From positions 96,001 through 160,000 of the forward strand of contig CAYSHM010000004.1 of assembly GCA_964430885.1 (NCBI GenBank): a stretch of 64,000 nucleotides of DNA, read 5' to 3'. This document shows positions 56,884-64,000 of this stretch, in pieces. Source of the DNA: an uncultured archaeon. GTDB taxonomy: Archaea > Thermoplasmatota > Penumbrarchaeia > JASLWR01. A program made the position numbers and the translations under genes. How positions within the stretch are numbered: position 1 is the first letter of the stretch; every line of letters begins with the position of its first letter. Below the pieces are notes generated by a model that ran no database searches, had not been told where the DNA came from, and saw only the letters and a program-made list of their open reading frames with translations.

Positions 56884-58914
56884 CTAATCCTTGATCCTTC
56901 TTCTTACGATTATCACCAGTCCCGCAAGAAGTATGGCGGGCAGCGCGAACCAGGGGAATTCAGGAGTATCATGCTCGGACCCAGAGTTCCGGAACCAGTT
57001 TCCGTCGTCATCATCCTCATCATCGGAATAGTCGAATTTGGAAGAGCTGCCCCCACCCCCGCTGTTGCCGTCTCCACTGTCATAGGAATAGTCATCTTGT
57101 GGTTGGTAACTGCTCCCCCCTGTGCCCCCGGAATTTCCGGTGTTCTCATTTTTTTCCTTTTCTCCCTCCGCCTCCTTCTCCTCTTCTTTCTCTCTCTCTT
57201 CCTTTTCTACGACAATTATCATTGTGGTATATTCAGTGACTATTTGGTGTTCAAGAGCAGTATCTAGCAATTCCTGTTCATAGATGTCTCTGTTGTCATC
57301 CCTGAGGATTTTCTCCTCGCACCATTTTATGTGCATGTAGGCCCAATATTTTTCCAGATTTGGGTTGATGTCATCAGAGGGTTTGAACTCTTCGTTAAAA
57401 TAGGTTGTGGAATTTACCGTTATACCCGATCCGTTGAAGGATACGTCTGTATCCGGGTCAGATACCCTGCCGACTATACAGTGCTCCTGCCCCTGGAACA
57501 GATAAGGCGCCTGTCTATGGTATACCTTTTCTGCATTCCCATAATTGAGCTCCAGGTCGAATATTAGCGGTGTGGATATTGTTTTGTAGAAATCAGTTAT
57601 CTGCTCCGATATCTCCTGCTTGTCATCGATCCTGTAGGCCCTGCCGTAATTATCCAGCGATAGTCTTTCAAGGAATTCGAAATCCATATCATACCCTACA
57701 CCTAGGGAAAAGATAGATATCCTTTCGGTATTCTTTTCCCTTATCTTTGTGCATATGGCAGGGGGCGATTCAATATAGCCTGTAGTGGGATTGCCATCAG
57801 TAAGGAATACAATTATCTTCATCCTGCCATTTTCACCCTGGAACATTTCAAGGCCTTTCTCTAGGGATTCGATGATATTTGTTGAACCTCCGCTGGCCAG
57901 ATCATCTATGTGATCCTTAGCTCTGCTCACATTATCATCAGTTGTATTCTGCAGTTGATTTTTCCAAACCATAACATTGCTGCTGAAGGATATGATATTA
58001 AATCGGTCGCGCCTGGATTCCAGTTCGTCTACAATAAGGCTGAAAGCTTCCTTTGTCCTGTCAAGTTTCTCACCTTCCATGGAACCCGAGGTGTCGATTA
58101 TAAAGACAATGTCCTTTTCAAGGGCCATTCCGCCCAGCTCTTTGCTGCCTGGAGAGAAGGTATGTACAAAATAAGTTCTCTCCTGGGAACTATGGAAAAC
58201 TGCTGTGCCTTCTACACTAGTACTATCAGTTTCGTAAATGACGCCAATTTCCCCATTAAGTTCATCCGAATCTACTTCAGTCTCTATTTTAATGGTGTTA
58301 GTGCCTTTATAATCCAGGTATTTCATATCAATTCCAACGGTTTCAGCAGCGGTTATCATTGTAGGACTTTCAATTTCAAAATCCACATCCAAAGGTCCGG
58401 AAATGTCTCCAGGAATTATATTCCCAGGTAGTAGCGATAGCTTATATCCTCCCAATTCCTTCACGAGAAACATATTGAAATTGTATCTGATTATAAGACT
58501 TGATTCTGGTTCCAGATTGATGGTTATTCCGAATCTGTTGACCGTTTTTTTTTCCAATTTCAAGGCATTTTTATTCTCACTTACTGCTTCTTGGTATTCC
58601 TTTTCTGCCTGATTTGCTTCCTTTACAACCCCGTAATAGACCTCCCCCATGTAATCAATGGTCAGGTTGCTTAGAAAAGCCCCTTCCGGGATTCTCACTT
58701 CAATCCTTTGTTCAGTATTCGCATCTGCGGTATTTTCCATCATGAACTCCGCTGTGATGGTTGCGAAAGAGTTCGATACCTGCACATCGATTGATGGGTT
58801 GCAGATATTGACGGTACCGCTGCTCTTGTTCCTCTCTGCATTAGCCACTGGTGAAAGTACAGCAGTTCCAATGAATAATACAGTGATCAGAAGGAATAAT
58901 GTCGCTTTTTTCAT
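56884..58914 (-). CDS. VIT + vWA domain surface protein with PEF-CTERM sorting signal, paralog 1
   Basis: VIT, MIDAS DTSGS/GSTN/LTDG; C-terminus TPEFPWFALPAILLAGLVIIVRRRIKD (PEF at 56956-56964). Confidence 0.92.
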   Translation of the reverse strand: MKKATLFLLITVLFIGTAVLSPVANAERNKSSGTVNICNPSIDVQVSNSFATITAEFMMENTADANTEQRIEVRIPEGAFLSNLTIDYMGEVYYGVVKEANQAEKEYQEAVSENKNALKLEKKTVNRFGITINLEPESSLIIRYNFNMFLVKELGGYKLSLLPGNIIPGDISGPLDVDFEIESPTMITAAETVGIDMKYLDYKGTNTIKIETEVDSDELNGEIGVIYETDSTSVEGTAVFHSSQERTYFVHTFSPGSKELGGMALEKDIVFIIDTSGSMEGEKLDRTKEAFSLIVDELESRRDRFNIISFSSNVMVWKNQLQNTTDDNVSRAKDHIDDLASGGSTNIIESLEKGLEMFQGENGRMKIIVFLTDGNPTTGYIESPPAICTKIREKNTERISIFSLGVGYDMDFEFLERLSLDNYGRAYRIDDKQEISEQITDFYKTISTPLIFDLELNYGNAEKVYHRQAPYLFQGQEHCIVGRVSDPDTDVSFNGSGITVNSTTYFNEEFKPSDDINPNLEKYWAYMHIKWCEEKILRDDNRDIYEQELLDTALEHQIVTEYTTMIIVVEKEEREKEEEKEAEGEKEKNENTGNSGGTGGSSYQPQDDYSYDSGDGNSGGGGSSSKFDYSDDEDDDDGNWFRNSGSEHDTPEFPWFALPAILLAGLVIIVRRRIKD

Positions 58915-59350
58915 TTTTATTACCTACCGTTTTCAATGTTTAATTTGCCTTGTTTCTTGGAAAAGTAATGTCCAATCAAAGGACAATTCCAATTCCGCAG
59001 TAATTAGCAAAAAGCAGAATATATATTGATTTTGGTAGGTTAATCGAAATGAGGCCGGCACATCTGTTGAAAAAATGAATGAAAAATATTTTTATGTTTA
59101 TCCTTTTCAGATTGGTGTGCTGAAGGGTGCAGACCTTGAAGCTGGGCGATATATTTTCAGGTCATATAGGCTTAACTATTTACAAGAATAAATTAATAAA
59201 ATAATATGTCCGATAGAGCAGTTACCGCAGGTGTTATTATAAAATAGGTGAACTTGAAATTCGATTATTCATCTCTGAATTCAACATAACGATCATCCTA
59301 AAGAATAGCAGTTTATTTTCTGCTGAGATGAATATTGACAGGCATCGGGT

Positions 59351-59590
59351 TTATGAGAAATCGATCACATCATACTTCTTGAAAAGTGCTTTAAGCTTAG
59401 CAGAAACCCTCTCATAGAGTGCTTCTTCCTCATCGTCCACAATGCCGTCCTTGTCTATCTCGTCCACGATATTGCTGGCGTGTTTAGCAAGCTTGATGAT
59501 TTCTTGGGTATCTATGATCTGGTCCTCTGCCACTTCTACCATGTATTCATTGATCTTCTTTTCAAGTTCTAAAAGTTTTTCCATGCTCAT
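59351..59590 (-). CDS. Small acidic helical hypothetical protein with EF-hand-like loop
   Basis: DKDGIVDDEE and EDQIIDTQE internal repeat; start uncertain. Confidence 0.6.
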   Translation of the reverse strand: MSMEKLLELEKKINEYMVEVAEDQIIDTQEIIKLAKHASNIVDEIDKDGIVDDEEEALYERVSAKLKALFKKYDVIDFS

Positions 59591-59718
59591 GATGTACACC
59601 ATTTTGTCTTTTTTGCGTCCCCGAAAGGCGCAGAAAATAATAGAAACATTATTCTATTTGAAAGGTGAGGTCATTATGAAAAATAAACGCACTGAGCCCT
59701 TCATTTTCCAGATATGAC

Positions 59719-61008
59719 CTATTCCTGCTCCAGCAAGTAGCTGCCGAGCTGTGCACTGCCCATGGCTATCTGCTCTCCAGATCTCATATCCTTTACTGTC
59801 ACCTTGCCTTCATTTACTTCGTTCTCCCCTATGATGCAGGCAAATTTCGTACCGATGGCATTTGCATATTTTAAGGCCTTGGATATGTTGCGTCCTCTCA
59901 ATTCCATATCCGCTTTTAATCCCATATTTCTCAATTCCGATGTCATAGCCGCTACGAATCCGATTTCATTTTGGGATACAGGGATCAGGAATATATCGGT
60001 CCCATTTATGGAATAGCTCCTGCCTTCCTGGATCAGTGCTTCCTGCAGTCTGTCAAATCCAAGTGCGAACCCCGCAGTGGCCGTCTCCCGGCCTCCGAAA
60101 AGCGGTATCAGGGAATATTCTCCGCCCCCGCAGATCTGTTTCTGGGCACCTAGGTCCTTACATTCGACCTCGAAAACAAGACCAGTATAATAATCCAATC
60201 CCCTGACTATACCAGGTTCGATGGTATACCTTTTCAGTCCAAGAAGTTCCATCCCCTTCAAAATATTCCTGAATCTTTCCAGAGGACCTTTGATATCTCC
60301 ATGAGTTTCTGCCAGTTCAAGGAGTTGATCCAGAACACTGCTGTTTTCCCCTTCTTCGCCCATCATTGTCAATTTAAGTATGTCGGATATGAGTTTGGGA
60401 TCACAATTCTTTTCGTACAGGAATTCTTCAACCCCATCAATGTTCGCCTTGTCGATGAGTATCATTGCTGCGCCCATATCTATTTCCTGCAGTTCTGTTT
60501 TCTTAAGGATGTTGTTGATTATTTCAAGATAGCCGATTTTTATCTCATATTTTTCCAGACCTGCGGATTTTATCATATCATTTGCAAGAACGGGCATTTC
60601 TGCCACGGCCAATTCAGTTGAACACCCGATCATCTCCACTCCAAACTGCCAGAATTCCCTGTACCTTCCTTTTTGGGGTCTTTCATATCTGAAGCAGTTA
60701 TCGAAATAATAGAGCTTCAAGGGTTTTGGCCGGTTCTGCATGGAACTCACATAGAATCTCATGGTGGACGCGGTCAATTCTGGACGCAGAGCCAGTTCCC
60801 TGCCTCCTTTGTCTGAGAAATGATAGAGCTGGCCCATGATATCTTCACCTGAACGCTTGGTAAACAGTTCCAAACGCTCGAAGGTGGGCATCTTGATCTC
60901 GGAGTATCCGTATTTTTCCCCCGTATTGGTTAATTTGTTCAGGATAATTTTCCTGAAGGCCATTTCCTCCGGCACGAAATCCCTTGTTCCTCTCGGTCTT
61001 TTTATCAT
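59719..61008 (-). CDS. hisS: Histidine--tRNA ligase
   Basis: RPRGTRDF, LRPELT, FRYERPQKGRYREFWQ, RGLDYYTG, GGGEY; start set at MIKRPRG. Confidence 0.97.
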   Translation of the reverse strand: MIKRPRGTRDFVPEEMAFRKIILNKLTNTGEKYGYSEIKMPTFERLELFTKRSGEDIMGQLYHFSDKGGRELALRPELTASTMRFYVSSMQNRPKPLKLYYFDNCFRYERPQKGRYREFWQFGVEMIGCSTELAVAEMPVLANDMIKSAGLEKYEIKIGYLEIINNILKKTELQEIDMGAAMILIDKANIDGVEEFLYEKNCDPKLISDILKLTMMGEEGENSSVLDQLLELAETHGDIKGPLERFRNILKGMELLGLKRYTIEPGIVRGLDYYTGLVFEVECKDLGAQKQICGGGEYSLIPLFGGRETATAGFALGFDRLQEALIQEGRSYSINGTDIFLIPVSQNEIGFVAAMTSELRNMGLKADMELRGRNISKALKYANAIGTKFACIIGENEVNEGKVTVKDMRSGEQIAMGSAQLGSYLLEQE

Positions 61009-61173
61009 ATTGCAAAACACCACTGATTGTTGTTCAGCCCTTTCTCTTCTTATTGGAGCCAAGCATTTATTTATATATTGATTTCAGAATTGGATACAAT
61101 AAATGCAGGTACTAGCTTTGCCATGCAACCTACTGGGTTACTTCACCTACATTTCCTCCTAACAACTCGAAAA

Positions 61174-61246
61174 TGCGGGTGCCGGGATTCGAACCCGAGC
61201 AAGAAGCTTGGGAAGCTCCGATCCTACCAGGCTAGATCACACCCGC
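61174..61246 (-). tRNA. tRNA-Gly(CCC)
   Basis: GCGGGTG/CACCCGC acceptor, GGAGC-TT-CCC-AA-GCTTC anticodon arm, GGTTCGAATCC. Confidence 0.94.
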
Positions 61247-61497
61247 ATAGATATATATCATTGGAATTTCCAAAAGGCCAAATTCCATATTAATTATTTT
61301 TGTTTTGAATATTGCATTATACCATCCAATATTAGAATTCCTTTTTAATTTGGTTTTTCTATTTAATTATTTAGAGCGACCATTTATTAAAGGTAATATT
61401 CGATAATAAATACGGATAATGAAAGTTATATTTCAATAAATATAATGTACTGGCATTCATTATGAATTTGTTGAACATGGTTCGGGTGTGATCTGAT

Positions 61498-64000
61498 ATG
61501 TCGAAGAGTTCTTTTTCATATATGGTAATTATATTGATTTCCCTGCTGATTTTGCCTTCAGTATTTGGAATAGTCAGGAATAACAAGACTGAAAGAATCG
61601 ATGTTGAATCTATACAGGATGTAGGGGATTTCTCCTTCTCCTCTCGGAACGCTACTGAGGGCGACAGCTGGACAATGTTCGGTTACGATCATAAAAATAC
61701 CCATAATTATCCACATATTGCTCCCAACGGCTCCACAACGGTTTGGGAATCCAATTTCGATTCGCGTTTCTTTTCATCTCCCTGCGTTGTGGACGGGAAG
61801 ATATATGTCGGTGGGGATGATTTCAAACTATATTGCGTGGATGCCGGGACGGGTCAGGTTCTGTTCGATCATTTTTTCCCTTCTCAGGTGACCGCCTCCC
61901 CCTGCGTTGTGGGAGATATTGTATATGTGGCCTGCAAGGATCACAAATTATACGCTTTTAACACCACAAGAGAGGATGTTGATTGGACCTATGAGGCCTC
62001 TGGCTCCCTGGAATCCTCTCCGATCGTAAGGGATGGAGCAGTCTACTTCTCTTCCTTCGACGGCAATATATATGCTGTAGACACCTACACTCATCAATTG
62101 ATCTGGAGATATGAATGCGAGGATGATTACAATATAACAACGACTGCAGCCATTCAGGGCGGCAATGTGCTGTTCACAATAAGCGATGTAAAAAACACCC
62201 GGTCCAAACTAGTATGCCTGGATGTAAATGGTTTTTCCGATCAGAACGACGGTTTTACAGGGGAATCAGATACATCCCCGGATGCTGGTGATCTGGTTTG
62301 GGAATACGAGATGCCTGATACATCCGACAGTTCACCTTCCATTATGTCGGGGAATGTATATGTTGGATGCGACGATCAGAAGGTCTATTGTATAGATATT
62401 GCCGATGGCTCTTACATATGGGATTCGGCCACTGATGATTCGGTGAAAGCCTGCCCTACCCCCGTTCTCTCCACTAATACTGTGATATTCGGCTCAAGGG
62501 ACGGATATGTTTACAGTGTGGATGCTTCAAACGGGGCTCTGAAATGGAAGGCTCTTATTGGCGACTCTATAATCTCACCGGCCACAGTTGCTGACGGCAA
62601 GGTCTATGTTGGTTCTCTGGATTACAATCTGTATTGTTTCGATCTCGCCGGCAACCTGGACACCACTACAGATCAGATATTCAGTGCTTATATGGGTGAT
62701 TCCATGTGGTGCAGAGCTGCACCGGTGATACACGGAGGTATGCTTTATCAAGCCTGTATGGATGGATCGGTTGCCAACAGCGGTAAGATAGTTGCTCTGG
62801 GCTCGCCGGATGTAGGGATCTACAATATCCTTCTCTCGGACGATCACCCTTTCCATGGAGAAGTAGTGGATATAAATGTATACGTAAAGAACAACCGTAC
62901 CGTAACCTGTCAAGCTGATGTGGAATGCTGGTATGCCAGCGGAGATAATTCCATTAAAGTGCTTATTGATACTGTTCATGTGAATTCACCCCCCAGAAGT
63001 TTGAAGGTGGTCACTGCTGAGTGGACGGCCAAACAGGGGATTTGGTATATTTGGATCAAACTCACCAATGTGACTCCCCTGGAATCCGCTGCGGATCAGT
63101 TCAACAACACCAATACCCCAGGGGAGATATCAGTATCTCCTGTGCCTTCTACGGAGTGGAATATGTTCATGAGGGATACTGCCCATTCATCCCATTCGTC
63201 AATCCCCGTAAATGCAGGGCGAATCGAGTGGTCATCTTCTCCCGGCGGTCATTTGTATCAGCCTGTGATCTCCAAAGGTTATCTGGTGGTTGCGGGTAAA
63301 GATGGGACGGTTTCCGCCCTTGATCAATACAGCGGCGATATTGCGTGGCAGAGGGAATTGGATGCGACCGCCCTATCCAATCCCACTATTCACAATGATA
63401 AGATATTTGTACCCTACGAAGGATTCCGGATACGTTCCATTGCCTTGGTTGGCGGACCTCAGCAGAATCCGGGGAAGGTCCTATGGACAAAAAGCTATCC
63501 TGAAATATCATCTCCAGTGACGCCGATAATGGCTCATAATGGTATTCTGGTAGTTCCAACGACCGGGGGCAATGTATATGCTATAGATGAGGACGACGGT
63601 ACCATGATCTGGTCCTGGAATCTTTCCATTGATATTTCCACAGTCCCCCTGATATTGGGAAATGAGATATGTGTATTATCAAATAATGGTGATGTATTTC
63701 TTTTGGACATTTATTCAGGTGATTATACGGGAGGTATTTCCCTGAACCTGACCTCACCTCTAACACCGACATATTATGGAAGTAAGATATACATTCCAAC
63801 AGAGAATGGAAAATTATATTCCTATTATCCCCTTCTGAATACCTCTGATTCCAGTGTTGATCTCGAGGTCAATATCACTACTCCACTTGTTAAGGCGGGT
63901 GAAAAGGATATAAAGGTTGTGGGTACTGAAAACAGTATCCGAATACTGGATTCCACGTTCAACACTATTGGCGAGGTGGAATTGGGAGGGGTTATTCTTC
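61498..64000 (+). CDS. Secreted PQQ/BamB-like beta-propeller protein (propeller + CARDB-like + second propeller), 3' truncated; absent from ORF track
   Basis: Manual translation: MSKSSFSYMVIILISLLILPSVFG..DSWTMFGYD..SSPCVVDGKIYVGGDDFKLYCVDAGTG; second EWNMFMRD propeller start near 63154; no in-frame stop seen in the stretches read, including the window end. Confidence 0.88.
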   Translation, partial: MSKSSFSYMVIILISLLILPSVFGIVRNNKTERIDVESIQDVGDFSFSSRNATEGDSWTMFGYDHKNTHNYPHIAPNGSTTVWESNFDSRFFSSPCVVDGKIYVGGDDFKLYCVDAGTGQVLFDHFFPSQVTASPCVVGDIVYVACKDHKLYAFNTTREDVDWTYEASGSLESSPIVRDGAVYFSSFDGNIYAVDTYTHQLIWRYECEDDYNITTTAAIQGGNVLFTISDVKNTRSKLVCLDVNGFSDQNDGFTGESDTSPDAGDLVWEYEMPDTSDSSPSIMSGNVYVGCDDQKVYCIDIADGSYIWDSATDDSVKACPTPVLSTNTVIFGSRDGYVYSVDASNGALKWKALIGDSIISPATVADGKVYVGSLDYNLYCFDLAGNLDTTTDQIFSAYMGDSMWCRAAPVIHGGMLYQACMDGSVANSGKIVALGSPDVGIYNILLSDDHPFHGEVVDINVYVKNNRTVTCQADVECWYASGDNSIKVLIDTVHVNSPPRSLKVVTAEWTAKQGIWYIWIKLTNVTPLESAADQFNNTNTPGEISVSPVPSTEWNMFMRDTAHSSHSSIPVNAGRIEWSSSPGGHLYQPVISKGYLVVAGKDGTVSALDQYSGDIAWQRELDATALSNPTIHNDKIFVPYEGFRIRSIALVGGPQQNPGKVLWTKSYPEISSPVTPIMAHNGILVVPTTGGNVYAIDEDDGTMIWSWNLSIDISTVPLILGNEICVLSNNGDVFLLDIYSGDYTGGISLNLTSPLTPTYYGSKIYIPTENGKLYSYYPLLNTSDSSVDLEVNITTPLVKAGEKDIKVVGTENSIRILDSTFNTIGEVELGGVIL

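Noticed and set aside
49041-59350. Integrated mobile element next to tRNA-Arg(UCG)
   Set aside because: No integrase or transposase, and no duplicated tRNA 3' end seen; the block lies on the 5' side of the tRNA
58915-59350. 436-bp intergenic region as possible ncRNA
   Set aside because: AT-rich, with no convincing stems, C/D boxes or known RNA motif visible by eye
61027-61293. 88-aa ORF
   Set aside because: Antisense to tRNA-Gly(CCC); spurious
61958-63799. Several short ORFs in the track (61958-62140, 62575-62979, 63021-63299, 63290-63520, 63581-63799)
   Set aside because: All lie within the long plus-strand propeller gene starting at 61498

Overview
Archaeal chromosomal window. Evidence: geranylgeranyl reductase, DUF2070, pyrB-pyrI, KaiC/RAD55-like ATPases, CCA-less tRNAs including one with a bulge-helix-bulge intron, and GGAGG/GGTGA ribosome-binding sites. 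The gene content and style suggest Thermoplasmata (inference). Housekeeping genes (sbcC/rad50 3' end, GGR, CDF transporter, maf, pyrBI, rpiA, NDP-sugar synthase, hisS, five tRNAs) are interspersed with many very large membrane-anchored surface proteins. Highlights: (1) a 2463-aa membrane-anchored alpha-2-macroglobulin/thioester protein with an intact CTEQ motif and a bait-like region; (2) two tandem paralogous single-pass receptor-like proteins (beta-helix/FN3/cadherin-like ectodomain) whose cytoplasmic tails share a near-identical C4HC3 RING-like finger and a terminal MFKID[LI] motif; (3) a co-oriented locus with two VIT-vWA (inter-alpha-inhibitor heavy chain-like) proteins, one PEF-CTERM tagged, an archaeosortase C-like gene, a transmembrane WD40 Ser/Thr kinase and two paralogous membrane proteins; (4) a TIGR03790-family surface protein; (5) a three-gene KaiC-like ATPase cluster; (6) a 55-nt intron in tRNA-Arg(UCG). 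A long PQQ-propeller ORF missing from the supplied track runs off the right edge. No CRISPR array, rRNA, transposase or integrase was seen. All family calls come from motif recognition by eye, not from database searches.
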